Assembly (NCBI RefSeq): GCF_963921235.1
Contig: NC_086097.1
Coordinates: 101,000,001 to 101,064,000, forward strand
Direction: 5' to 3'
Length of the DNA: 64,000 nucleotides
From: Mobula hypostoma
Taxonomy: Eukaryota
The translations under genes were made by a program, and so were the position numbers. Shown here piece after piece: positions 12,876 through 26,288 of the stretch. The notes below the pieces were generated by a model. It did no database searches, was not told the origin of the DNA, and saw only the letters and a list, made by a program, of their open reading frames with translations. Position 1 is the stretch's first letter; every line of letters starts with the position of its first letter.

Positions 12876-13856
12876 AAACAACAGGAATTCTGCAGATGCT
12901 GGAAATTCAAGCAACATACATCAAAGTTGCCGGTGAACGCAGCAGGCCAAGCAGCATCTGTAGGAAGAGGTGCAGTCGACGTTTCAGGCCGAGACCCTTC
13001 GTCAGGACTAACTGAAGGAAGAGTGAGTAAGGGATTTGAAAGCTGGAGGGGGAGGGGGAGATGCAAAATGATAGGAGAAGACAGGAGGGGGAGGGATAGA
13101 GCCGAGAGCTGGACAGGTGATAGGCAAAAGGGGATACGAGAGGATCATGGGACAGGAGGCCTAGGGAGAAAGACGGGGGGGGGGGTGACCCAGAGGATGG
13201 GCAAGAGGTATATTCAGAGGGACAGAGGGAGAAAAAGGAGAGTGAGAGAAAGAATGTGTGCATAAAAAGGAGTAACAGCTGGGGTACGAGGGGGAGGTGG
13301 GGCCTAGCGGAAGTTAGAGAAGTCAATGTTCATGCCATCAGGTTGGAGGCTACCCAGACGGAATATAAGGTGTTGTTCCTCCAACCTGAGTGTGGCTTCA
13401 TCTTTACAGTAGAGGAGGCCGTGGATAGACATGTCAGAATGGGAATGGGATGTGGAATTAAAATGTGTGGCCACTGGGAGATCCTGCTTTCTCTGGCGGA
13501 CAGAGCGTAGATGTTCAGCAAAGCGGTCTCCCAGTCTGCGTCGGGTCTCACCAATATATAAAAGGCCACATCGGGAGCACTGGACGCAGTATATCACCCC
13601 AGTCGACTCACAGGTGAAGTGATGCCTCACCTGGAAGGACTGTTTGGGGCCCTGAATGGTGGTAAGGGAGGAAGTGTAAGGGCATGTGTAGCACTTGTTC
13701 CGCTTACACGGATAAGTGCCAGGAGGGAGATCAGTGGGGAGGGATGGGGGGGAAGAATGGACAAGGGAGTTGTGTAGGGAGCGATCCCTGCGGAATGCAG
13801 AGAGAGGTGGGGAGGGAAAGATGTGCTTAGTGGTGGGATCCCGTTGGATGTGGCGG
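12876..13856 (-). mobile_element. Penelope-like element 3' part with an intact GIY-YIG endonuclease frame (13304-13856)
   Basis: GVIYCVQCSRCGLLYIGETRRRLGDRFAEH...LRLEEQHLIFRLGSLQPDGMN. A possible ATACTT target-site duplication lies at 12870-12875 and 13857-13862. Confidence 0.92.
12974..13009 (-). ncRNA. Minimal type I hammerhead ribozyme motif in the Penelope terminal region
   Basis: AGUC-CUGACGA-AGG(gucucgg)CCU-GAAA-CG-UC-GACU gives stem I AGUC/GACU, an intact core, a GUC cleavage triplet and a palindromic ACGU stem III. Confidence 0.8.
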
Positions 13857-15338
13857 ATACTTCTATGCATCATCCAGTTGCATGTTATTTCAACTTCCCT
13901 TTCCACACCAACTTGTCTGTCCTCTGCTTTCTCCACTACCACAGTAAGGACAAATGCAAACAGGAAGAAGCCTCTATTTGTATAGAAATATAAGTAGAGA
14001 CACAAGTGAGTACATATGCTGTAATCTGGAGCAAAAAATAAAAGTTTTTCTGTTTGGGTAGCTACGGTGTAATATCATGGCAACTGAACTGTACAATTTC
14101 AGGTAGCCTACTTCCCCACATTCCCTTTGCACTTCCTCCAACCCACCCAGGATATGCCTCCTTTTGTTCACTTCTCCCATTCCTGCCCTCACCCTCTCAT
14201 TAGCTATACTCATCACCATCCTCTCACCCACACATCTGTCTCCCTGAATTTCTTCTCCCTTTGTTAACTTTTCCAGTCCTGACTCCATCTACCCATCTTT
14301 CCTTCCCATCCATTCTGATTCTACCCATCACATACCAGCCTCTGTTTCACCCTGCCTTCACTTCGACACACTGATCATCTTACCTCTACATGCTCTGTCC
14401 TAATACAGGGTCTCAATCCAAAATGGCAATCTTCCATTTGCCTCCATAGATGCTGCTTGACCTGAGTTTGTCCAGCAGTTTATTTTTTGGCTCCAGATTA
14501 CAGCATATATTCACTCATTTCTCTTCTCAAATTCCTGAACAAGGTGAAGCTTCTTTCAAGTCTCAAGTGCCTGCTGTGTGTAATTGAGCTCGCTAAAACA
14601 TATATGATGAGACGAATCACATAGTTGCCCAGAAGACCATAAATTTTGAACCAAGTCTGAGAGGCTGATCTTCCAACAATCATTCCCTCAATTAAAGGCT
14701 ATGCTGATAGATTAAAGGCAACAGTAAAATTCATTATCGATGTTTGTTTCACAAGGTCTCTCCATGAACATTTATTGTCAGACGGCACTGCTAAGCAGTT
14801 ATACAGGGCATTAATGAGACAACATCTAGAGTGCAATGGTGTTCTCCTTATTTTAGTAATGATGTTAAATGTATTAGAAACAGTGCAGAGAAGGCTTACT
14901 TGAAGTATTTTTAAGGTGGAGGTAGGTAGATACAAGATATAGTGTGATTAATATTTCAGTAGTATTTGAGTAATGTTGTAACTATATTGTTTAATTAAGC
15001 AATCTTTAAATAATTCATTATCGGTTATATGCAAAAATCATCAAATTGCATATGTCATGACGCTACAGCAGGAAACATGCGCACCTCACTTAAAGTAAAT
15101 ACGAAGTTAGACTCAGATTCTGGACTGCCTTGGCTTTCTTTCAATAAGTTTCATGTTTTGGAGTCACGAAACATAACAGTAATAACCAACAAGCCACGCT
15201 GGGCATGTATGTAGTAAAAACATGAAGGCCAACATTGTGGGGATGCGATTAGCTGAGACAACACAATATGATTGTAAATCCACTCACTATTTTCATGGCA
15301 GATCCCTAGCAATAAAACAAATTGAAAGTGAATTAAGA

Positions 15339-18094
15339 TTGGCAACTAAATTGTGATTAGCAACTAAATATTCCTGGATTTCATTGCTTCAGGTGTGATA
15401 GAATCCGAGGGACAAGAGGGGAGGTGTTGCATTGCTTGTCAGAGAAAATATTACAGCGGTGCTCTGGCAGGATAGATTAGAGGGCTTGTCTAGGGAGGCT
15501 ATTTGGGTGGAATTGAGGAATGGGAAAGGTGTAGTAACACTTATAGGGGTGTATTATAGACCACCAAATGGGGAGCAAGAATTGGAGGAACAAAATTGTA
15601 AGGAGATAGCAGATACTTGTAGTAAGCACAAGGTTGTGATTGTGGGAGATTTTAATTTTCCACACATAGACTAGAAAGCCCATACTGTAAAAGGGCTGGA
15701 TGGTTTGGAGTTTGTAAAATGTGTGCAGGATAGTTTTCTGCAGCAATACATAGAGGTACCAACCAGAGAAAGGGCAGCGTTGGATCTCCTGTTAGGGAAT
15801 GAGATAGGTCAGGTGACGGAGGTATGTGTTGGGGAGCACTTCAGGTCCAGTGATCACAATGCCATTAGTTTCAATATAATTATGGAGAAAGATAGGTCTG
15901 GACCCAGGGTTGAGATTTTTGATTGGAGAAAGGCTAACTTCAAGGAGATGCGAAAGCATTTAGAAGGAGTGGATTGGGACAATTTGTTTCAGGGAAGGAT
16001 GTAATAGAGAAATGGAGGTCATTTAAAGGTGAAATTTTGAGGATACAGAATCTTCACGTTCCTGTTGGGTTGAAAGGAAAGGTTAAAAGTTTGAGGGAGC
16101 CACGGTTTTCAAGGGATATTGGAAACTTAGTTCGGAAAGAGAGAGAGACCTACAATAAATATAGGCAGCATGGAGTAAATGAGGTGCTCGAGGAATATAA
16201 AGAATGTAAAAAGAATCTTAAGAAAGAAATTAGAAACACTAAAAGAAGATATGAGGTTGCTTTGGCAAGTAAGGTGAAAATAAATCCCAAGGGTTTCTAC
16301 AGTTATATTAATAGCAAAAGGATAGTGAGGGATAAAATTGGTCCCTTAGAGAATCAGAGTGGACAGCTATGTGTGGAGCCAAAAGAGATGGGGGAGATTC
16401 TGAACAATTTCTTTTCTTCGGTATTCACTGAGGAGAAGGATATTAAATTGTGTAAGGTAAGGGAAACAGGTAGGGAAGTTATGGAAACTATGACGATTAA
16501 AGAAGAGAAAGTACTGGAGCTTTTAAGGAATATAAAAGTGGATAAGTCTCTGGGTCCTGACAGGATATTCCCTAGGACCTTGAGGGAATTTAATGTGGAA
16601 ATAGCAGGGGCTCTGACAGAAATATTTCAAATGTCATTAGAAACGAAGATGGTGCCAGAGGATTGGCGTATTGCTCATGTTGTTCCATTGTTTAAAAAGG
16701 GTTCTAAGAGTAAACCCAGCAATTATCGGCCTGTGAGTTTGACTTCACTGGTGGGTAAATTGATGGAAAGTATTCTTAGAGATGGTATATATAATTATCT
16801 GGATAGACAGGGTCTGATTAGGAACAGTCAACATGGATTTGTACGTGGAAGGTCATGTTTGACAAATCTTATTGAATTTTTTGAAGAGATTACTAGGAAA
16901 GTTGACGAGGGTAAAGCGGTGGTTGTTGTCTATATGGACTCCAGTAAGGCCTTTGACAAGGTTCCACGCGAAAGGTTAGTTAGGAAGGTTCAATCATTAG
17001 CTATTAATATTGAAGTAGTAAAATGGATTCAGCAGTGGCTAGATGGGAGACGCCAGAGAGTAGTGGTGTTTGTCAGATTGGAGGCCGGTGACTGGTGGTG
17101 TGCCTCAGGGATCTGTACTGGGTCCAATGTTGTTTGTCATATCCATTAAAGATCTGGATGATGGGGTGGTAAATTGGATTAGTAAGTATGCAGATGATAC
17201 TAAGATAGGTGGAGTTGTGGATAATGAAGTAGGTTTTCAAAGCTTGCAGAGAGATTTAGGCCAGTTAAAAGAGTGGGCTGAAAAATGGCGGATTGAGTTT
17301 AATGCTGATAAAAGTGAGGTGCTACATTTTGGTAGGACTAATCAAAGCAGGACATACATGGTAAATGGTAGGGCATTGAAGAATGCAGTAGAACAGAGGG
17401 ATCTAGAAATAATGTTGCATAGTTCCCTGAAGGTGGAATCTCGTGGATAGGGTGGTGAAGAAAGCTTTTGGTATGCTGGCCTTTATAAATCAGAGCATTG
17501 AGTATAGGAGTTGGGATGTAATGTTGAAGTTGTACAAGGCATTGGTGAGGCCAAATTTGGAGTATTGTGTACAGTTCTGGTCACTGAGTTATAGGAAAGA
17601 TGTCAACAAAATAGAGAGAGTACAGAGAAGATTTACTAGAATGTTACCTGGGTTTCATCACCTAAGTTACAGGGAAAGGTTGAAAAAGTTGGGTCTTTAT
17701 TCTTTGAAGCACAGAAGGTTGAGGGGGGACTTGATAGAGGTATTTAAAATTATGAGGGGGATAGATAGAGTTGACGTGGATAGGCTTTTCCATTGAGAGT
17801 GGGGGAGATTCAAACAAGAGGTCATGAGTTGAGAGTTAAAGGGCAAAAGTTTAGGGGTAACATGAGGGGGAACTTCTTTACTCAGAGAGTGGTAGCTGTG
17901 TGGAACGAGCTTCCAGCAGAAGTGGTTGAGGCAGGTTTGATGTTGTCATTTAAAATTAAATTGGACGGCTATATGGACAGGAAAGGAATGGAGAGTTATG
18001 GGCTGAGTGCAGGTCGGTGGGACTAGGTGAGAGTAAGCGTTCGGCGAGGACTAGAAGGGCCGAGATGGCCTGTTTCCGTGCTGTAATTGTTATA
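15339..18094 (+). mobile_element. 5'-truncated CR1 LINE (family A), with EN and RT broken by a few frameshifts and stops
   Basis: GVYYRPP...[40 protein letters not shown] and KYADDTK. TAAGA is repeated at both junctions (15334-15338, 18095-18099). Confidence 0.93.
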
Positions 18095-18402
18095 TAAGAA
18101 CGATACTGGATGATGTCATAGCAGTGTTCAAGGATGGCTTACAACACTCAAAACATTTCAAGGGTAAAATACTATTAAATGAAAATGCCACACCCAAGTT
18201 TTGCAAAGCCCATTTGGTACTTTATGCCATCCGTGATAAAGCAGGCAATGAGTTAGATTGCATAGAGGATGAAGGAATTCTTCCCTAGAATGAGTAGAGC
18301 CCATAAGCAATGCCAGTGGTCCCAGTAGTCAGGAAGAATAGGACTGTCAGCATCTGAGGTGATTTTGAGGTCATCATCAACCCAGTACCGAGTAGATCAA
18401 TA

Positions 18403-19686
18403 TCTTATGGATCAAGCTTACTTTGATTGGAAAACCAAAGGTATAGTACGTTTTTGTGATTTATTTTTTGATAATTGTTTCATGTCTTTTGATCAACTTT
18501 CTAATAAATATAACTTACCCAGATCTCACTTTTTTAGATATCTACAGATTAGAAACTTTTTAATTACTGTTTCTCCTAATTTTCCACACTCATATCCAAT
18601 GGATACTTTGGAAAAAATTTTAGATCTAAATCTCTCTCAGAAAAGTGTTGTAGCAATTATTTATAATATAATTATGAGTTTATGTCCTGATGTTTCCAAT
18701 AAAATTAAAGCTGATTGGGAAAGAGAACTTAAGATTATCATACCGATAGAAAAATGGGAAAAAATTCTTCAATTGGTGAATTCATCCTCTGTGTGTGCTA
18801 AACATGTGTTGATACAGTTTAAAGTAGTGCACAGGGCTCATATGTCCAAAGATAAACTATCTCGTTATTATTCTTATATTAATCCTATATGTGATAGATG
18901 TCATTCCGAGATAGCCTCTTTAACTCACATGTTTTAGTCATGTCCTTTGTTGGAAAAATATTGGAAAGATATTTATGATATTATTTCAACGGTTTTGAAT
19001 ACAGACTTACAACCTCATCCAATTATTGCTATTTTTGGATTACCAATGATAGACTCAAATTATTTAACCTCTTCAGCACGCCGGATGATTGCATTTCTTA
19101 CCTTAATGGCTAGAAGATCCACTTTGCTGAATTGGAAAGAGATTAACCCTCCTACTGTATTTCACTGGTTTTCACAAACTATGTTGTGTTTGAATTTGGA
19201 AAAAATTATAAGTGTGGTTTATGACCCTTCCATTAAATTTGAAAAAACTTGGAGGCCATTTATTCAGCATTTTCATATGATGTAATTTGACCATTTCCAA
19301 ACTTATTTTATTTCTCTGTACTGTTGGTTGAGAGGAATGGAGTCATCGACACTAAGGTTTTCTTCTCTTCCATTTTTACGTTGTTAGAATTGCCCAAGTC
19401 TTTTAGTTTAGTTGACTAATTCTGTTTAGTTTAGTCTTTTTTTGGGGTGGATTTGTTTTTTTTTTCTCTTTTTTTTTCTTTTTCATGATTTTTCTCCAGT
19501 TTTTTTTTGTCCTGTATTATTCATTGTTATCCGACACGATTGGGAGTTTTGTCAATTTATACTATTTGGTCTTATAATTACTCATTTTAAGTACAACAAT
19601 GTATCTCCAACTATTTGTATTATTGCTATCTTATGTTTATATTCTATGAAACTAATAAAAAGATTGAAAAAGAAAGAAAGAAAGAA
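18403..19686 (+). mobile_element. 5'-truncated L1/Tx1-type LINE 3' end
   Basis: IQFKVVHRAH...CDRC...HMF*SC knuckle, AATAAA and an (AAAG)n tail. AGATCAATA is duplicated at 18394-18402 and 19687-19695. Confidence 0.9.
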
Positions 19687-20669
19687 AGATCAATACCTTC
19701 TGCCCTCTTCGCAAACCTTTCTGCAGGAAAACACCTTAGCAAAATGGATTTAGCTGAGGCCTACCTACAGATGGATATGGAAGAAGAGTCCAAAGTGTTT
19801 CTCACTATAAACACTCAAAGGGCTTTATCGCTGTAATAGGCTTATTTTTGGAAAGGCATCTGCACCGTTGTAGAAAGCCATGGACCAGGTGTTGCAAGGC
19901 TTTCCAGGTACTTGATTGACATCATTGTTACTGGTAAGGATGACAAGGAACATCTCCAAAATCTCAAGAGTTTTAAAACAATTACAAGATTATGGGCTCA
20001 GAGCACGGCACAACAACTGAGAATTATTTAAACCAAGCATCACTTACGGTCACATCATCAATGCACGAAGATTACACTTGTGCAGAGAAAATTCAATCTG
20101 TGGTGGATGTCCCAAGACCAAAGGATGTGTCTCAGTTGCAGTCCTTTTTAGGACTTAACAATTACTATAATAGGTTCCTGACAAGCCTGGCTACTGTGCT
20201 CCACATTTTAAGTTTATTACTACAGATTGAGAAGAAATGGCAATGGACAAAGCAGTGTGAGGTGATTTTCAAAAAGGTAAAGGAAATGGTGATTATAATT
20301 CGCATTATCCAGTGAAGCTTGCCTGGGACGCCTCACCTAATGGTACCGGTGCAGTCATGTCATATGTTATGAGTAGTGGAAGTGAATGCCCAGCAGCATT
20401 TGCACCATGTTCCCTTACTGCTGCAGAGAAAACTTATGCACAGGCTGACAGAGGACTTGAGTCGGGTTTGGGGTGTAAAACATTTCAACCAGTTCTTGTA
20501 TGGTAGAGTATTTACCATCGTTACTGATAATTAACCATTGGTGTCCATTTTCAATTCACAGAAGATTGTTCCGCTAACAGTAGCATCAAAATGTAGAGGT
20601 GGCCCCTGCTTCTTGGGAGGACATAATTACAAGATTGAAATCAGAAGGATGACTAATCATGGAAATGCT

Positions 20670-22659
20670 TCTAATCCTCAAAAATCCATCCTGGCTGTTT
20701 TAGAGTTATTAGCACAATTTGGTCTTTTTTCAGGTTATAAATTAAATCTTAGTAAGAGTGAACTCTTTCCGATTAATAAACAACTTCCCTTATACTATAA
20801 ATTTCCATTTAAATTGATTAATAATTATTTTTCATATCTTGGGATTAAAATTACTTGTAAATACAAAGATTTATTTAAGACTAACTTTTTACCATTAATA
20901 GACCATATTACTCAACTCTCATCTAAATGGCTTCCTTTATATTTAACTTTGATTGGTCGTATTAATGCAGTTAAGATGTTTTTTTTGCCAAAATTTTTAT
21001 ATATATTTCAGGCATTACCAATCTTTGTTCCAAAATCTTTTTTTGACAAAGTTGACTCTAAAATTTCTTCATTTATTTGGCAGAATAAAAACCCGAGACT
21101 GGGTAAAATACATTTACAGAAAGCTAAGAGAGATGGAGGCTTAGCATTACCTAACTTTAGATTTTATTATTGGGCAATTAATATTCGACATATGAAATTC
21201 TGGTTACTGGACCAGGATATACTATCCATTCCTAAATGGGTAGTATTGGAATTACAATCTGTTCAGGGTTTTACACTTGGCTCTATTTTAGGTTCCTCTC
21301 TTCCTTTTGATTGGAAATGCCTTAAACAGGTGTCTAACCCGATAGTTAAATATACCTTGCGTATTTGGTTTCAATTCAGAAAATTTTTTGATCTTAATCA
21401 ATTTGGGTTAGCGATTCCTATTTTAGGTACATATTTTTTCCTCCCTCTTTTACGGATCGTGCTTTTCAAACTTGGAAGACTAAGGGTATTTCACGGTTTT
21501 TGGATTTATTTTTAGATGGTTCCCTTATGTCTTTTGAACAATTGTCTAATAAATATAACTTATCAAGAATACATTTTTTTAGATATCTACAAGTTAGAAA
21601 TTTTCTAAGTACTATACTTTCTTCCTTTCCAATGCTTCCTCCTACATACATTTTAGATACTATAATCAACCTTAATCCATGTCAGAAAGGTGCATCGGCT
21701 ATGATTTATAATATTATTATGAAACTTAGGAAAGCTCCATTTGATAAGATTAGGGTAGATTGGGAACAGGAATTGGGGTTTACCATTTCTGTGGATGACT
21801 GGGGGCAGATTTTACAATTAGTCAATACTTCCTCTATCTGTGCTAAACATTCTCTAATTCAATTTAAAGTTGTTCATAGAGCACATATGTCCAAAGATAA
21901 GTTAGCGTGCTTTTATTCTCATATTAATCCTTTTTGTGATAGATGTCCGGGGCAGATGGCCTCTTTAACTCATATGTTTTGGTCTTGCTCTACTTTGGAA
22001 ACTTTTTGGAGAGACATTTTTAATATTATCTCCAAGGTATTGAATATAGATATCTCTCCTCACCCTATTACTGCTATCTTTGGACTACCTAAAATTTCCA
22101 GTAATCTCTCCCCTTCAGCCCGTAGAATGATTGCATTTCTTACTTTAATGGCGAAAAGATGTATCTTACAACATTGGAAAGAGCTCAATGCTCCATCTAC
22201 CTTTTTTTGGTTTTCTCAGACGATATTATGCTTGAATCTGGAGAAAATTAGAAGCAATCTTTATGACTCTTCATTTAAATTTGAACAGACTTGGAGATCT
22301 TTTATTCAATATTTTCATTTAATGTAATATATACCCTTCTTGTTTTTTTTACTGTTTTTAATGGAGGTCGGGATTGAGGATGTGATTTTAAGTTTAACTC
22401 TGTTTGGTTTCAAGTTAGCCCATTGCTTTGCTTTGCTTTTAGTTAGTTGCACGGTGGGTTTTTTTCCTTTTTCTCTATTGATATATATATAAAATTAGTA
22501 TACTATTATGTTACCTTGGTATGTTATGTTTAAATTACATTGTAGTATTTTTTTGTATTAATATCTTCTGTAATTTCATTATATTCTAACAATGTATTAG
22601 TGTCTATATGGCTTACCTTTTTGTATACTTATTTAATAAAAAGATTTAAAAAGAAAAAA
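20670..22659 (+). mobile_element. 5'-truncated L1/Tx1-type LINE (end of RT to 3' UTR)
   Basis: FSGYKLNLSKSE, YLGI, GGLALPNF and CDRC...HMFWSC. GGAAATGCT is duplicated at 20661-20669 and 22660-22668. Confidence 0.92.
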
Positions 22660-24747
22660 GGAAATGCTGTTGGATTGTCCCGATTACCCTGGGCAAAGTA
22701 AATACAGGAAAAATTTACTAAAAAAGGACATTCCTCTTGAAGTATTCTCCCCAAGGCAAATCAAAAGTCTGTTACAGCACAGATGATCCAAAGTGAAACT
22801 AAAAAAAGACTCCACACTGTCTCAGGTCTACACGAATATCCAAAATGGCTGGAATATGCAGGAGAAATTCTAGTTCCCCTAGTTTTACCATCGCCAAGAT
22901 GAATTTGCCCTTGATGGAGATTGCCTTACATGGGATTGAGAATTGAGAGTCCAAACTGAGAGCTCAAGTGTTGGAGGACCTACATGCCGGTCAGCTAGGT
23001 GTGGTAAAAATGAAGGTGTTGGCTCAAAGCTTTGTCTGGTGGCCTGGGATAGATCAGCAGATTGAGCAGCTTGTCATGCACTGTGCGGGATGCCTACATA
23101 TCCAGAAGATGCTAACAGCAGCACCTCTTTTTCCCTGGGAATGGTCTCATTGCCCTGGCAGAGGATTAATGCAGATTTTGCCAGACCATTCGTGGGTACA
23201 GATCACTTGGTAATAGTGGATGCAACTAGGAAGTGGCTAGAAATGTTCCCATTTGCCTTCACTACAGCCTCGCACACTGTTGATGTGTCGACAAGTCTCT
23301 TCGCAAGGACTGGTGTTCCAGAACACTTAGTGACAATGGACCACAGTTTGTTGCAGAACAGTTTCAGTCATTCCTCGAAATGAATAGAAAAAGACACATC
23401 ACATCTGCATCCTACCACCCAGCTACAAATAGTTTGGTGGAAAAGTTTGTTCAGAGTCTAAACACACTACACTGACGCTGAACCAGAAGTTGGTCAACTT
23501 CCTCCTTGCATATCGTAATGCAGTACACTCCACAACCAACTCATCAGCTTTGCTGTTCCTGTGTCAGCACTTGTGTTAATGCTTAGATCTCCTCAAACCC
23601 AACTTCAGATGCAGTACAAACAGCTGAGTCAGGTGATCAAAAATGGGTACGCAGAAAGATTATGATCAGTCTCCTACCACTCTCCTACACAGTGGAGACT
23701 GTTTCTGATATCATCCGGAGATGACACATTGACCAGTTGAGGAGAGCAAAGGCAACTCTTAGAGAAGAACCACTTCCTGAAATCCCAACTCCTACAACCA
23801 CCAGAGGAGACCCCAAAACCTGAGATGGTTTCACCTGCCAAACAGTGACCCCCTTGTCAGTAAAGACAATATTCCACAAGAGTAAGAAAGTCTCCACAGT
23901 GATTAAATCTTTAGACCTGAATGGGACAATTTAAAACTTTACCATGATGTACTTGTATTTTATAGTATACTGCATATATAAGTTGAGATATATTCTACAT
24001 TGAGTTGGGAGTTTATAGCTGAGAGGAGTGTTGTGTGTATAAAATTTCGAGAATATTTGAGCAATCCTGTAAATATGTTGTTTGATTAAACATCCTTTGT
24101 TTAAATAATTCATTACAGGTTATATGTAAAAATAATTGAATTGGATGTGTCATGATGCTACAAAGTAATGCATATGCATCTTGTTTAAAGTAAACATGAA
24201 GTCAGACTCAGATTCTAGACTTCCTTGCTTTTCTTCAATTATTTTTATCTTTTGGAGATACAAAACCTAACACAAGACAAGAAAGACTGACATCTACATC
24301 ATTTATTATTATATTGTAATTTGTTCTCTACTGTGCCTATTGTCTTGTTTATTATTTATTGTACTGCCCTGCACTGATTTGTGCACTTTATGTAGTCCTG
24401 TGTGGGTCTGTAGTCTAGTGTAGTTTTTATGTTTTCTTGCATAATCTAGTGTAGCCTTGCGTTGTCTCACTTAGTCTAGTGTAGTTTAGTGTTGTTTCAT
24501 GTAGCACCATGGTCCTGGAGGAATGCTGTTTCATTTTTACTGTGTACTGTACCAGCAGTTTATGGTCGAAATGACAATAAAAAGCGACTTGACTTGAAAG
24601 GGGATGACTGATTACAGTGGGAATATAGGAATGCAGATAGGAGTTTACAGCTGATAGTAAATGACAGAATATACTTGAGGGACTTCTGTTTCTACCCCCC
24701 TTTTTGCTCCCTCCATTTCTCCCTCTCGCAACAGTTTTACTGCAATA

Positions 24748-24880
24748 CGGTGCCTATAAAAAGTATTCACCCAGCCCCCTTGGAAGTTTTCATGTTTTAT
24801 TATTTTACAATGTTGAATCACAGTGGATTTAAGCTGGGTTTTTTTTTACACTGATCAACAGAAAAAGACTCTTTCGTGTC
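24748..24880 (+). mobile_element. Tc1/mariner-type terminal inverted repeat fragment (one end only)
   Basis: TA followed by C(G)GTGCCTATAAAAAGTATTCACCC, a typical Tc1-like terminus. Confidence 0.7.
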
Positions 24881-26288
24881 ATCTCTTAGAATTTTGGGCT
24901 GCAGTCTATATCAGGGTACTTGCCTAGCTTTAGTCCCTTTAATTTCTCCAGTACTTTCTGTTAGTGCTATTTATTTCATTCCTAACTTAGGACTTAACAC
25001 AATCTGAATAAATATGTTTGTAGGATATATATTCTGAAAAACATTCATGGTTAATTCAAGCCATACCATGCCAGCCCAGGTAAAGATCATTCACTATGTT
25101 CTTGATCAAAAGCTATGTACATATAACATATCAGGTCAGTTTTCCAAATTTCTGCAAATGCCCTAGATTAGGTTGCATGTGGAGAAAAATAGGTATTGAA
25201 TCTCAATTATTCAGATATGTTTCAGCAGATCTCTACTTGTCTTCTTTTCCCCCAGTTCTGCCTTGTTTCTCTTCTGTAGCATATGATGTTTGCTTAATAC
25301 CTCAGCTAATTCTTCATCTCCTGCTATAATTTTTGTCACTGCCTTTATTCTTTGCTACTTTCTTTCTTTGACATTTTTTATACCTTGGTAGTTCTTACTC
25401 ATTTGTTCACACAATATGTGTTATCCTTCTATTCTCTTTTTGGCCATTCATCTTTGTACTTGAAACTTTGTGAATGCTAAAGCAAGTTAATCTTCTTGGC
25501 AAGATGATAGCTCTTTTCTTCATCTAACTCTATACTTAAACTTATAATAAGGTACGGGTAGATCATTTTTCTCAGAGTTGTTTAAATAAGTGACCGAACA
25601 TCAAAAATGCCTAGTTATTTTCAAACAGGTTTTAATTTAAAACAGTTTTCACATCGACAGTCATGAAGTGTCATCCAAGTAAATTCTTTTTAAAATACTG
25701 TTAAACCCTCCTTGAAAAGTAAGATCTTAATATGATTAGGTTAACAACTAAATTCTGAAATAAATTCATAAAATCTTTAAAAAGTTAATTGATGAGCAGT
25801 TTCACAAAAGTGTACAAAGTCAGTAAGTCCAGAATACAAACAAGTGAATAAAAGGCAAATCCAAGATATATTTAAAAGGACCATAATTATCAATTCATAA
25901 AATATCTTCAAATTGAGGAGTAGCCAAGTTCGGATGTAGAGAAATTGATAGAGAAAGAAGAATGGGACAAGAAACTATCTGTTTTTTTCAACATTGAAGG
26001 AGTCAAGTGCTAAACTATCTTCCCAGCCCACTGCCCCCCCGCCCACAAACAGTGGCAGTATACTACTACTTAAATATTCCTCAAAGATCCATGATGAAAC
26101 TCTATTCCAATATATCAAACAGAACTGTTTTAAGCACATTCCTCTAGAACTATTACTTGAACTACTGATTTTGTAAGATGCAATGGAGTTTGGTATCATG
26201 GTGTACAGAGAGAAAAACAATGAAAAGTTCAGAAATCAATTCTTGTGCAAAATATTTAACCTCAACTGCGTTCAAAAATGTTACTAGT

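Larger units (their letters stand above)
14938..24272 (+). mobile_element. Old Gypsy LTR retrotransposon (gag deleted) with three nested LINEs
   Basis: Diverged LTRs at 14938-15178 and 24029-24272, a CAAGA duplication at 14933-14937 and 24273-24277, and a purine tract before the 3' LTR. Pol remnants include KMDLAEAYLQM, PRPKDVSQLQSFLG, DASPNGTGAV and LHAGQLGVVKMK...WWPGIDQQIE. Confidence 0.85.

Noticed and set aside
13857..14005. N-terminal extension of the 233-aa GIY-YIG ORF, suggesting a domesticated fusion gene
   Set aside because: The extension lies outside the TSD and resembles decayed CR1 sequence. The nearby acceptor is out of phase with the upstream CCDC9B exon.
20538..21515. 325-aa ORF as a novel gene
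   Set aside because: It is a chance read-through from Gypsy RNase H into the inserted L1 at 20670.
25200..25540. Lys/Glu-rich minus-strand stretch that looks like a coiled-coil exon
   Set aside because: It has multiple stops and frame changes. KIIAGDEELAEVLSKH resembles the CR1 ORF2 linker, so it is probably an ancient LINE remnant.
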